A stretch of 64,000 nucleotides of DNA from contig OZ242358.1 of the NCBI GenBank assembly GCA_965208835.1, positions 5,088,001 through 5,152,000 on the forward strand, in the 5' to 3' direction. How positions within the stretch are numbered: the first letter of the stretch is position 1; each line of letters opens with the position of its first letter. Shown here one piece after another: positions 30,818-40,640 of this stretch. The notes below the pieces were generated by a model that saw only the letters and a program-made list of their open reading frames with translations, did not search any database and was not told the origin of the DNA. This stretch comes from Candidatus Latescibacterota bacterium. Lineage in GTDB: Bacteria > Latescibacterota > UBA2968 > GCA-2709665. The translations under genes and the position numbers were made by a program.

Positions 30818-30846
30818 TTGACAAGGTGGGCGGATTGTGTTATATT
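30818..30846 (+). promoter_or_regulatory. sigma70 promoter of the transposase, abutting the left IR
   Basis: TTGACA-N17-TATATT. Confidence 0.75.
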
Positions 30847-30891
30847 GTAAGTAACAGGGACACAACACATAACCCCCACCGGAGAGACAAC

Positions 30892-31785
30892 ATGAACCTT
30901 CACCAGATTTTCCGCAAATACCCGACACAGGAATCCTGCATTGAATTCTTGGAGCGGGTACGGTTCGGCGATGAGCCCTTTTGCCCGTTGTGTGGCGTAG
31001 TCGGAGAGTGTAAGCGCAAGAATGACGGGGAGCGGATAGGACGCTGGAACTGTCATTCCTGCAAATCCAGCTTTAACGTCCTGTCTGGAACGATCTTCCA
31101 GAAAACCAAGATCGACCTGCAAAAATGGTTCATGGCTATCGGTATCATGCTGAACGCGAAAAAGAGCGTATCAAGCCCACAGCTGGCGCGGGACGTGGGG
31201 TTGACTCAACAGACCGCCCTTTACGTCCAGCAGCGTATTCGTTCCGAGATGGCCAGCAAACAGGGTTTCCTGCTGTTGCAGGGCATTGTTGAGGCGGACG
31301 AAACGTATGTAGGCGGCAAGCCTCGCAAGCGGAACAAGCGTAATTCTGGTAACGGTACCCCCCCCCCGAACAAACGCGGACGCGGAACGAAAAAGACCCC
31401 GATAATTGGCGTTGTTGAGCGAGGCGGCAAGGTTGTCGCGCAGGTTGCAGACGATCTGTCCGGTCGTGGCGTTATGGCGTTCATCAAGAACGCGGTCGAT
31501 CCCGATGGTTCGGTATTGATGACGGACGCCTACAAGGCGTATAACGCGGCTTCCGAGAAGTACCACCATCAAGTCATTGACCACGCCAAAGAGTATGCCC
31601 GCAATGGCGTTCACACGAATACGATTGAAGGCGTCTGGAGTCTGCTGAAGCGGGCATGGTATGGTTCCCATCATCACTATTCCAAGCACTTTACGCCCCT
31701 GTATGTCGCTGAAACCTGCTGGAAGTATAACAACCGGAAGAATGAACAGGCTTTTGATTCGTTCATGCGCGGGTGTTTCGCATGA
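30892..31785 (+). CDS. IS1595-family DDE transposase
   Basis: Zn ribbon CPLC...CHSC, SGTIF, EADETYVGG, KRGRGT, MTDAY, HTNTIEGVWSLLKR. Confidence 0.95.
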   Translation: MNLHQIFRKYPTQESCIEFLERVRFGDEPFCPLCGVVGECKRKNDGERIGRWNCHSCKSSFNVLSGTIFQKTKIDLQKWFMAIGIMLNAKKSVSSPQLARDVGLTQQTALYVQQRIRSEMASKQGFLLLQGIVEADETYVGGKPRKRNKRNSGNGTPPPNKRGRGTKKTPIIGVVERGGKVVAQVADDLSGRGVMAFIKNAVDPDGSVLMTDAYKAYNAASEKYHHQVIDHAKEYARNGVHTNTIEGVWSLLKRAWYGSHHHYSKHFTPLYVAETCWKYNNRKNEQAFDSFMRGCFA

Positions 31786-33332
31786 ACCGCCTCTATTATG
31801 GGGACTGCCTGACCGTGATGCAGGAATATATGCGGTCAAATAGCGTAGACCTGATTTACCTTGACCCTCCCTTCAACTCCAACCGAGAATACAATCAGAT
31901 TTACAAAGATGAAACCGGACGACCGCTCCCGGATCAGATAGACGCTTTCTGCGACCTGTGGACGCTCGACGAGGAACGAGAGCGGGCGATCCGCGCCATG
32001 CCCGTGCTGATGCGCGAAGCGGGCATAGAAGACAGTGTAGCGGCTTTCTGGCGGCTGTGGATGAACGCCTTGCGGGAGACTAATCCCCGGCTTTTGGCGT
32101 ATCTGTCTTACATGGTGGAGCGGTTGCTTCATTTGAGATCGATCCTCAAGCCGACTGGATCGGTCTTTCTCCACTGCGATCCCACCGCAAGCCATTATAT
32201 CAAGGTCATGATGGATGGGATTTTTGGACACTCGAATTTCCGAAATGAAATTGTCTGGTGCTACAAGACCAGACCACAACCGAAGCGGTACTTTGGCAAA
32301 AAACACGATTGCATCCTGTTCTATTCTAACGGAGAGCAATACAGGTTCAATCACGAGAACGTCATGCGCCCGCTTTCTCCCGTGACGGTTGCCAAATACA
32401 AGCACAAAGACGAAAACGGGCGCTTGTACCGGTTGCAGGGACGGGGAATTACAGGTAGTCCGATACGCTCCGCGAAAGACGTTGATCTTAAATGGGAAAC
32501 CGAGCGACCGGACTTAGTGGTGCGTGACTACTTGGACGAAAAAAAAGGCGTTGTGCTTGAAGATTGGTGGTCTGATATAGGTATACTGAATCAATCGGCA
32601 AAGGAACGTCTGGGATACCGGACTCAAAAGCCCATGCAATTGCTGGAGCGCATCATCAGGGCCAGTACAAACGAGGGCGATGTGGTCTTTGATCCGTTCT
32701 GTGGATGCGCTACAACGCTTGAGGCAGCTCATATCCACAAACGGCGATGGATCGGAATTGATATTGCAATTCACGCAATCAAGCGAGTTGCCGCGCTTCG
32801 ATTGCGTGACAAGCTGGCTTTGGTCGAAAACGAAGATTTCACGATTGAAGGCGTGCCTCGCAATCTGGAAGGCGCACGGCATCTGTGGGAGCGCGACACA
32901 TACCACTTCCAGAAGTGGGCGGTTGAGGAAGTAGACGGCTTTGTGACCACCAAGCGGACGGCGGACGGCGGTATCGATGGGCGGTTGTATTTCGATTGTC
33001 CGGGCAAGCCGGATCTCCAGAGCATGGCTATCGAAGTGAAGGGCGGCAAGAATGTCGGTATCCGTGACCTGCGCGCCCTACATGGCGTTCTGGAAAACGA
33101 CCTCGCCATGATGGGCGGTCTGATCGTTCTGGAACCGCTTGGAGAGCGCAAAACACAGAACTTCAAGCGGGAGATGGGCAAGGCGGGAGACGTGCGTATC
33201 GGGCAAGCCGCGTATCCTGCGCTCCAGCTGTTGACCGTGCAGGACATATTCGAAGGCAAACGCTTCGATACGCCCGGCGCCGTTGGACGCGGACTATCGC
33301 AGCCTCAATTGCGCCTTGACCCCAAACCCTAA
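31782..33332 (+). CDS. N6/N4 DNA methyltransferase (beta-class order) fused to a C-terminal Mrr-like PD-(D/E)xK domain
   Basis: LIYLDPPF precedes FDPFCGCAT; C-terminal DGGIDG...IEVKGG; ATGA overlap with the transposase. Confidence 0.9.
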   Translation: MNRLYYGDCLTVMQEYMRSNSVDLIYLDPPFNSNREYNQIYKDETGRPLPDQIDAFCDLWTLDEERERAIRAMPVLMREAGIEDSVAAFWRLWMNALRETNPRLLAYLSYMVERLLHLRSILKPTGSVFLHCDPTASHYIKVMMDGIFGHSNFRNEIVWCYKTRPQPKRYFGKKHDCILFYSNGEQYRFNHENVMRPLSPVTVAKYKHKDENGRLYRLQGRGITGSPIRSAKDVDLKWETERPDLVVRDYLDEKKGVVLEDWWSDIGILNQSAKERLGYRTQKPMQLLERIIRASTNEGDVVFDPFCGCATTLEAAHIHKRRWIGIDIAIHAIKRVAALRLRDKLALVENEDFTIEGVPRNLEGARHLWERDTYHFQKWAVEEVDGFVTTKRTADGGIDGRLYFDCPGKPDLQSMAIEVKGGKNVGIRDLRALHGVLENDLAMMGGLIVLEPLGERKTQNFKREMGKAGDVRIGQAAYPALQLLTVQDIFEGKRFDTPGAVGRGLSQPQLRLDPKP

Positions 33333-33401
33333 AGCCCATATCTTGTATTCGCGAATAGAAATGTTGGGAATGTTTTGTCGACTGATTCTCAGTCGGTCGT
33401 C

Positions 33402-33479
33402 TCACTCATCTCTGAGCGTATTCGTCGGATTCAGCGTTGCGGCCATGTAAGTTTTACAATTGACGGCGATCATGACGAA
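33402..33479 (-). pseudogene. Eroded C-terminal remnant of another ABC permease
   Basis: Manual translation FVMIAVNCKTYMAATLNPTNTLRDE-stop resembles AALANPVDALRYE-stop. Confidence 0.65.
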
Positions 33480-33554
33480 TCCTGTCCGATCGATCAAGCC
33501 GTGAGACCAATTGCCGGATTACCGGTGCTCTTGCATAACATCCGGTATGATCCC

Positions 33555-36500
33555 TTAGTACGTCTTCGCGATCACAAAACCGGCGTCCTTCTCGACGGTT
33601 TTGCTGGTGTTCCGGTCCCTGACAGTTACTCTCAACAGGTATTTGCCGGGCGGACGGTTTTCAAGCTCGAGTTCCACGTATTCCGCTTCCTGGGCCGCCG
33701 TGCCCTGTTGTTCGTACGTAACGGAGAGTTCCTCACGTTTGCCTTCCCGCCATCGGGTCAGGCTGGATATGATACCGACGGCGCCGGGGTTGTCGTTCGA
33801 CGTGACCGTATAGGATACTTCGTAATCCGTCTGACCAAACTCGTCCTGTGACAGGTTGTAGATCTCGTAATAGACGAATACGCTCTGGCCTTTCGCGTAC
33901 GTCCGCGTGGGCATAGGGATCACACGCACCTCACCCTTGCTGAATCTAGATCCTGTTTGCTCCTTTTCAATTTGCCAGGCGAGTTGCAGATCGCTGATCT
34001 GTAATCCTTGCCTTCCGTACGGTTTTACGATTACCTCCTGACGATATCTGCCCCGGCTTTGGGACAATCGGTCCTTGATTCCAACCTCCATCAGGTAGCG
34101 CCCCGCGGGAACGGCCAAACGAACCATATCCGGTACGAAGCCGTCTCGCCTTCCGGTAAGGTCGCCGTCGTTTTCAAAGTTGATCTGTCCGTCTCTTCGG
34201 TAGACTGCGCCGGTCTGCCTGTTGACCAGCGTGACGGTCCGTTCAACCTCAATTCGGGTTTCGTTCTTCTCCTGCTCGTAGTGTCCCTTTACGTGAGGAA
34301 TGCCCAGATAAACTTCCAATGAGGATTGATCGTCTCTTCGAAAGTCCGCCAGATCGTAGTAAAACGTGAAAGGGTCTTCATTGGTTTCGAGCTTGTAATA
34401 GTTGGGCGTGGCGCTGGCGGCCTGGGCGGTGACGGTTCTCGGGTTGTAACGATTCAGACTGGCCTGTTGTCGAACGGGAATCCGCGCATCCGTGGGTGAC
34501 GGCGCAAAGTCGTAGATCCCGTTGTGAAATTCATCCGCAAAAGTGATCTCGATTCCGCCGCCGACGTCTGTGTAGACCCACGTCACCCATGCGACCATGG
34601 ACGCATCTTCCTCGCTGGAGACCGGCCTGTAGTTCGTGGGAGGAAGGGCATCGCTGGCGTGGTTGTTACTATCGTCCTCAATTTCCGCACTGAATTCCGG
34701 TCCTTCGCCCAAAGACTGCCGGAGGCTTTGAACGGGATAGACCGGGCCGGGATAGATGGACTCGAAGGGAGATACTTGAAGCTTATAATCTCCTGCCTTG
34801 TGACGGGTCCCGTCCACATCCACAGCGGATCGAAGAAAGTTCTTCGCTGGGACGGAGGTGCCGTAGATCGCCCGGGCAAGGCGTTCCTTGACCCGCTGGA
34901 CGGCAAGGCTCTGATCCGCGTTCATCATATCGGATCGCGACCGATGGTCCGGCTCCCCGAACCGCACGTACACATCGCCGCGGCGGTCCCAGGGTTGTCG
35001 GCCTGACGAGAAGCTGCGGCGCGCGTACCACACCCGGCGATAGTGCTCCAGCTGACGTTCGTTGGCCGACGTGGTTAAATCAGGGTCTTTTTCGGTCCAG
35101 AACCTCTGCAGGAACGCTACCTTTGACGCTTCCGGCAAGTTTTCAAAGGCTGCCAATTCGTCTTCCGACGCCACAAGGCTGATATCGCCGAAGAGCGCAC
35201 GATCCTCGGCGCTCAAACTCTCCAGGTATCTGCTGAAGTATACATCAGCCTGATCGAGGGCTTCCAGTTTCAGACATGCCTGAGCCAATATGGGCAGGAC
35301 TTCGGTGTCCTGGGGGTGCTGGCGGGCGTAGTCTTCCAGGAGTTCAACAATCCTGCCATACTCCCGGGACTTCAGGTAGACGGCGGCCAAACGATTCCGG
35401 CCCCGCGGATCATCGGGACGCAGAGACATGTACTGGGCGTAGTGGAGCGCCGCTCGTTCATAATCCTTGTGAAATGTCTCGTACCATTCCCCAAGAAGCA
35501 GATAGGCAGGTCCGAATGTCGGATCCATTTCCAGAAGCTTCTCACAGTCGCCTTTGACGTCGAATTCCTCTAGTGCGTACCTGATTTTGGCAATGTTGAA
35601 GCGCGCCTCGACATAGTCCCGGTCGTACTGCAGTGCCTTCTGGAAATATCGAATGGCGTCATGACGGGCTTTCGGGCGTTCCTGAAACACCAGGCCGAGG
35701 CCGTTGTACGCTTCGGCCAGTCTGTGGTCCAATCGGGTCGCCCGTTCGAACGATGCCAGCGCCTTATCCAATTGCCCCGACTCCAGGTAGGCATAGCCCG
35801 CCTTCGCGTGTCCCAGCGCGAAACGAGGCGCCACCCGCGATACCATTTCCAGCGCCTGAGGCGCAAGCGGATTCCCGGCTTCCAGCAGGGCGACCCCGGC
35901 AGAGAGAATAGAGTCGACCTGCGCGCGACCGATAGCCCGGTCCTGCACGCGGTCGCCAGGGGGATCACGGACCAGTTCAACCAGCCGACCTTTATAGAAG
36001 AAGCTGGTCAACATCGCTTCGTCCCGGTCCGCGTCAGACCGATAGAAGTAGCTGAACTCGCGACCGGATTCTGGGTCCGCAGGAGACCGAAAAAGCGCAT
36101 TCAGTACTTCCAGGTCTCTCTTTGCGGAAACTTGCGCTGCGGCCCAGGACTTGAGCAACGAAAGGGTTTCCGGTCGACGTCCGTCGTGCGCCAGGGCGTA
36201 TGCACGGAAGAGATCCCCGACAATCCGGAGATGGTCGCGGCAAACCCAGCGGGCGCCGTCTCTTCTGGCTTCTGCGGCTCTTCGTTCCAGTTCGCGCACG
36301 TATGCGTCAATCGGTTCAGCAAAGAATCCAATTGTCCTGTGTTGGCGGCGCATCGCCACGAATGCGGAAGCCGCCCGGCGATACTTCTTCGACGCGGCTT
36401 CAAAGTCCCATTGGTGCAGGGCTGTGTACGCCATGGCAGACGCCTGAAATGCGTTTCCAAGCGCTTGCAGCACGGCGTTTATTTTTTTCGATGCCGCATC

Positions 36501-36989
36501 TGACGTGCCGGTGTTGTATGCCTTTGTCGTGCCTCCACCCGAAACACCGGCGCTGCTTTCCTGGAAAATTCGTATCGACCCTTGATCAACGGGGAGTTCC
36601 CAGACACGCGGAGGGGACAGCGGAGATGACCTTCGTTCCATCAGGGGAATACCGATCATGTTTGTTTCAAGAGGTTTCTCACGGTAATAGAGCCGGTCTC
36701 CTGCCGAGTTCCATTCCAGGCCACGTGACTCTCCCGGGAATGTCCCGAGCCGACGTGTGTCTTGTGTCGTCTCTACCCACACTTCGGTCAGGCTCACCGG
36801 TCCCTCAGACCATGTAATCGTCCAGGCTTTCTTCTCCTTTGACGGATCGACCACGACGGTCTGTTGTGACAATGCATCGGAAATACCGATTGTCAGAATT
36901 GTCCAGATCGGCATTAAACGAAACATCGCCGGCAGAATGCCGCCGAATCGGAGGGAGATATGTGGACTGGATGGATTGGGTAGATGCAT
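33555..36989 (-). CDS. TPR + GWxTD-domain protein (PWDxRG variant, class A); start probably slightly downstream
   Basis: FWTEKDPDLTTSANERQLEHYRRVWYA...PWDRRGDVYVRFGEPD; TPR run; C-terminal FVYYEIYNL domain; signal-like N-terminus. Confidence 0.85.
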   Translation of the reverse strand: MHLPNPSSPHISLRFGGILPAMFRLMPIWTILTIGISDALSQQTVVVDPSKEKKAWTITWSEGPVSLTEVWVETTQDTRRLGTFPGESRGLEWNSAGDRLYYREKPLETNMIGIPLMERRSSPLSPPRVWELPVDQGSIRIFQESSAGVSGGGTTKAYNTGTSDAASKKINAVLQALGNAFQASAMAYTALHQWDFEAASKKYRRAASAFVAMRRQHRTIGFFAEPIDAYVRELERRAAEARRDGARWVCRDHLRIVGDLFRAYALAHDGRRPETLSLLKSWAAAQVSAKRDLEVLNALFRSPADPESGREFSYFYRSDADRDEAMLTSFFYKGRLVELVRDPPGDRVQDRAIGRAQVDSILSAGVALLEAGNPLAPQALEMVSRVAPRFALGHAKAGYAYLESGQLDKALASFERATRLDHRLAEAYNGLGLVFQERPKARHDAIRYFQKALQYDRDYVEARFNIAKIRYALEEFDVKGDCEKLLEMDPTFGPAYLLLGEWYETFHKDYERAALHYAQYMSLRPDDPRGRNRLAAVYLKSREYGRIVELLEDYARQHPQDTEVLPILAQACLKLEALDQADVYFSRYLESLSAEDRALFGDISLVASEDELAAFENLPEASKVAFLQRFWTEKDPDLTTSANERQLEHYRRVWYARRSFSSGRQPWDRRGDVYVRFGEPDHRSRSDMMNADQSLAVQRVKERLARAIYGTSVPAKNFLRSAVDVDGTRHKAGDYKLQVSPFESIYPGPVYPVQSLRQSLGEGPEFSAEIEDDSNNHASDALPPTNYRPVSSEEDASMVAWVTWVYTDVGGGIEITFADEFHNGIYDFAPSPTDARIPVRQQASLNRYNPRTVTAQAASATPNYYKLETNEDPFTFYYDLADFRRDDQSSLEVYLGIPHVKGHYEQEKNETRIEVERTVTLVNRQTGAVYRRDGQINFENDGDLTGRRDGFVPDMVRLAVPAGRYLMEVGIKDRLSQSRGRYRQEVIVKPYGRQGLQISDLQLAWQIEKEQTGSRFSKGEVRVIPMPTRTYAKGQSVFVYYEIYNLSQDEFGQTDYEVSYTVTSNDNPGAVGIISSLTRWREGKREELSVTYEQQGTAAQEAEYVELELENRPPGKYLLRVTVRDRNTSKTVEKDAGFVIAKTY

Positions 36990-37332
36990 TGGGATCCAGA
37001 TCTTCGGAATTTTCTCGCGGAATGCAGAAAGTGGAGTCTAACCTGATTAATTCAAGAATCGACGGATAATGAATTTCACGGAAGCAGAAAGAGCTTCCGG
37101 ATGAAACGAGAAACGAAAGAGCAAGGGCGGTGACGGATTTGGCGCGTTCACGCCGTTTGTATGGTGTGTGCCGGGAACACGATAGCGCCGTGGCGTCAGG
37201 TTGCCCTGAATCCCGCTATCGGAAGCACAAACACCTCCGTGGTTGTTGGTCGTTTCGATGCAAACGTGAAGGCGAGGTCAGCACGTCGATGGGTTATCGA
37301 ACACCTGTTGCCAGTCTTGAGAGCTATGTGGG

Positions 37333-38445
37333 TTAAGGCGTGAAGATGAAAATCTGATCCGTAATCGACTCAGGAGAATGACCGCCATCCGTCGTCTTCA
37401 ATCCGCCGGCGATAAGAACGCGGCCGTCATCGAGGAGCGTAACCGTCTGCCCGGATCGCCAAGATCCTATGTTGTGTCCCGTAGGTGAAAATACCTGGGT
37501 GTCCGGATTGTACAGTGCGATATTGCCGTTGTCCCGGTGGATGAAAAACACCCTGCCGGACGGCAGCAGCAGGGCGGCTAAGGGATCCATTACGGAAGTT
37601 CCGGCGGGCGAGAAGGTGTTTGTCTCGGGGTTGTAGATCTCGGGAGTCTGTGCGCGACGCCCGTCTCGCCTGTAGCCGCCGACGATCATTACCCTGCCGT
37701 CCTGAAGGAGCACCGCCTTATGGAGCATGCGGTCGACGTGCAGGCTGCCTGCCTCGGAAAAGGCTTCGGTCGAGGGATCATAGATGAAATTCTGTCCCAG
37801 CAACCATTCCCTCCCGATGGTTCTTCCTCCAACGATCAGCACGCGGCCGTCCTTCAACAAAGTCGCCGTATGCCCAAATCCTGGATGGTCCATCGCGAAT
37901 GTGTCGGAAAGTGCGCCTGTAGCGGGATCGAAAACACGCCATCGTCCACCCCCGGGGTGTCCGCTGAGTAAAAGGATCTCTCCGTTGGGCAACACGGTGG
38001 CAGTCTCGGTCCCGACCGAAAAAGGTGCGTCTGCAACGGTGTCGAATCTGCCGGAATGAGGATCGTACTTCTCAATGGGGAGTCTAAGGAAACTGGATAT
38101 AACCAGGACCCGACCGTCGGGAAGCAATATTCCGTGGTCCTTGCTGCGACTGGCGGTCAGGTCTCCCGTAGGCGTTGAGACCCCGGTTTCAGGATCGAAA
38201 ATCTCCGCGCTGACAAGAAGATCTTGCTCGATTACACCCCCTCCCGCAGGAGGTAGTGCCGCGTTGCCGCCGGCAATCAGGACCTTGCCATTCTGCAATA
38301 GTGTCGCGACATGCAAATTTCGCGGTCGAGTCAGATTTCCGACCTCATGGAGACCCCGTTCAAGGTCCGGCGCCGTCACCGAATCGCTTCCGCAAGCGCA
38401 GAGGCTCGAGAGGACTAACAGCGCAAGCAAGATTCTGGTGGTCAT
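37333..38445 (-). CDS. Kelch-repeat lipoprotein
   Basis: Lipobox LCAC; repeats H.ATLL.DGRVLI.GG...EIYDP. Confidence 0.88.
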   Translation of the reverse strand: MTTRILLALLVLSSLCACGSDSVTAPDLERGLHEVGNLTRPRNLHVATLLQNGKVLIAGGNAALPPAGGGVIEQDLLVSAEIFDPETGVSTPTGDLTASRSKDHGILLPDGRVLVISSFLRLPIEKYDPHSGRFDTVADAPFSVGTETATVLPNGEILLLSGHPGGGRWRVFDPATGALSDTFAMDHPGFGHTATLLKDGRVLIVGGRTIGREWLLGQNFIYDPSTEAFSEAGSLHVDRMLHKAVLLQDGRVMIVGGYRRDGRRAQTPEIYNPETNTFSPAGTSVMDPLAALLLPSGRVFFIHRDNGNIALYNPDTQVFSPTGHNIGSWRSGQTVTLLDDGRVLIAGGLKTTDGGHSPESITDQIFIFTP

Positions 38446-38488
38446 TTTCTTCTTCCCTCGTTGAGGAATGAACTGACATCCCCACAAC

Positions 38489-39040
38489 GTATCAGCCGTC
38501 GCCGACCCCTTCGACAGGCTCAGGGCAGCGCCTTCGACCCTTCGACAGGCTCAGGGACCGTAGGCCCAGGGCAGCGCGTTCGACATTTCGACGAACTCAA
38601 TGCAGGCAGGCTTAGGGCAGGTTACGGGTCTCCTGAAAGCGGCCCAATGACGTTAAATGAACGAATTAACGCGTGGTCATTGAGCTTGTCGAAATGCCCG
38701 CTATTCAACGACGCTTCGACCCCTCGACGATGGTTATTGCGAAGCATGTCATTCTAAGCGCAGCGAAGACTCTCCCGTCCGTTCCGTGCAGCAGGACGAC
38801 GTGCTGCCTCTCAGGTGTCGCCACGTGGTAATTGCACTGGGTTGATCCCATGCTGCAGTAGATCCTTCGTCGGCCTGGGGCGCCTCTGCACGACAATCTG
38901 ATCTCATGTGAATGAAACAGAAGTGATTCCTGGACGTTGCACCCTGGCCTCCTCTGGATGACAGCGGGAAGCATCGTGCTTGACGATCGGCCAGCCTGTC
39001 ATTCTGAGCGATGCGGGCAGACAGGAATGTCCGCCCCACC
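38489..39040. repeat. Patchwork of several intergenic repeat families
   Basis: CTTCGACAGGCTCAGGG units, TGTCATTCTxAGCG units (38748 and 38997) and a GTGG REP. Confidence 0.7.
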
Positions 39041-39172
39041 TTCACTTCGGCTTCCTCACTGCTTATGTTGGGATTCGATCCTGCCGTTCTCTTCGCTGAC
39101 GTCGCTTGGCGTGTATATCCTGAATCCCGTAGAGCCGTTATTCCATCCATGTTTCGGTTGGCCCCGACAATC

Positions 39173-39237
39173 CTATTCTGCGATCACAAAACCGGCGCCC
39201 TTTTCGACGGTTACGCCGCTGTTGCTGTCGTGGATCA
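39173..39237 (-). pseudogene. C-terminal remnant of a class A GWxTD gene
   Basis: IHDSNSGVTVEKGAGFVIAE-stop versus VRDRNTSKTVEKDAGFVIAKTY-stop; shares GCGATCACAAAACCGGCG with 33568. Confidence 0.75.
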
Positions 39238-39286
39238 GATACTGTATCAAATGTCCACCCGTAATCCGCACGCACGCCCACCTCGG

Positions 39287-40381
39287 CTAAGGGCGGTACG
39301 CAAGTATCTGATCGATGGACTCTCCATTTTTTGACCCGCCAATAATCAGCACACGCCCGTCGCGAAGCGCAGTAACGCTATACAGCTTGTAGTCTAGCCC
39401 GATACTGTGGCCTGTGGGATGAAATGTCCCGTTTTCAGGGTCGTAGAGTACCACGTCGCCGTTGCGGAGGATGAAAAATACATTCCCATTATTTAAAACA
39501 GCGGCAGCTCGAATCTGCTCGCTGCCCGGGCTCCCTGCGGGCAAAAACGTGCCGTTGGTGGGGTCGTAACGCTCAGCGGCCGTGACCTGCGTCGGAGAGG
39601 ACGGATCACCTATTCTGCCGCCTGCAATGAACACGCTGCCGTTCCGAAGCAGCAGCGCCGCATGTCCGTATCGCTCGTGCGTCAGACCCCCGACCTTCGT
39701 AATAATATTGGACGATGGGTCGTAGATTTCAGAATCTCTAACCGCACGATCGGTAATGCCACCGGTAATCAAGGCCCGCCCATCCCGCAGCATTGTCGCC
39801 GTATATGCCCCGCGAGGGACCGCCAGCCTGTTCTTGAATTCAAACTCGCCCGTTTCCGGATCGATCGTCCAGATCGCGCCGGATCGACCGAATGCAAGGA
39901 TTTTTCCATCTGAAAGCGCCATGGATTTGGAGATTTTTTCGAATGCGGGATTGAATTGAACTGGCGTAAATTCGCCGGTTCGTGGATTGAATATTTCCAC
40001 CGGGTAAGTCTTTGAACGGGTATGCTGAGTTGCGCTTGCAAATACAACCCGGCCGTCTGGCAGCAACGTTCCCTTGTCGTTCATTCGTGCGGTCGACATG
40101 CTGTGGGTTGCCCTGGAGGATCCGGTTTCGGGATCGAAAATCTCCGCACTGCTATGATACGTCGCGTATGCATCGGGCCCACCCGTCGCGGCGCCTCCAC
40201 CGATAAGTACCCTTCCGTCCTGCAACAATATCGAGTAGTGCGAGTGCCGCTTGTCCGTCATGCGTCCGGCGACTGCAAAGCCGATCCGTTCGCTCTTCGC
40301 CTCCGGGGACGTCGGCGCGGGCGAACCGCAACCCATCAGGCTTGAGACAATTGCCAGTGCGGAAATCATCCTGACGGTCAT
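39287..40381 (-). CDS. Kelch-repeat lipoprotein
   Basis: Lipobox LMGC; Kelch repeats; paralogue of 37333-38445. Confidence 0.88.
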   Translation of the reverse strand: MTVRMISALAIVSSLMGCGSPAPTSPEAKSERIGFAVAGRMTDKRHSHYSILLQDGRVLIGGGAATGGPDAYATYHSSAEIFDPETGSSRATHSMSTARMNDKGTLLPDGRVVFASATQHTRSKTYPVEIFNPRTGEFTPVQFNPAFEKISKSMALSDGKILAFGRSGAIWTIDPETGEFEFKNRLAVPRGAYTATMLRDGRALITGGITDRAVRDSEIYDPSSNIITKVGGLTHERYGHAALLLRNGSVFIAGGRIGDPSSPTQVTAAERYDPTNGTFLPAGSPGSEQIRAAAVLNNGNVFFILRNGDVVLYDPENGTFHPTGHSIGLDYKLYSVTALRDGRVLIIGGSKNGESIDQILAYRP

Positions 40382-40471
40382 CGAATGTCCTTCCACGGAA
40401 AATAAACGGGTAAAACCAAATCAGAAATCCACATCTCCCCAGATTTCATGCCTACGGCGTGTTCCTTAAAA

Positions 40472-40602
40472 GCGGGGAGACGGAAGAGGTAAGAGGTGAG
40501 AGATCGTCTGCCTTGTGTGGATTCAACTCAGGCCGCAGGCAAGTGGAGAGAATAAATCGGGCAAGGTCTTCATCTCCCGTCTACCCTCTCCCCTCTACCC
40601 GC
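40472..40602 (+). repeat. ~130-bp heptamer-flanked element, copy 6
   Basis: CTGCCTTG...GCC-GCA-GGC...CGGGCAAGG core. Confidence 0.8.
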
Positions 40603-40640
40603 CTTTGAGGAACCTCTCGCCCTGAATCCAGCAGGCATTA

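Larger units (their letters stand above)
30798..33353 (+). mobile_element. IS1595-family element with passenger gene
   Basis: Perfect 22-bp terminal inverted repeats CGCGAATACAAGATATGGGCTT (30798-30819 and 33332-33353) enclosing transposase and methyltransferase. Confidence 0.92.

Noticed and set aside
30359-30928. Intact 189-aa membrane protein
   Set aside because: The N-terminal part is read-through from IS sequence; the rest is a permease fragment
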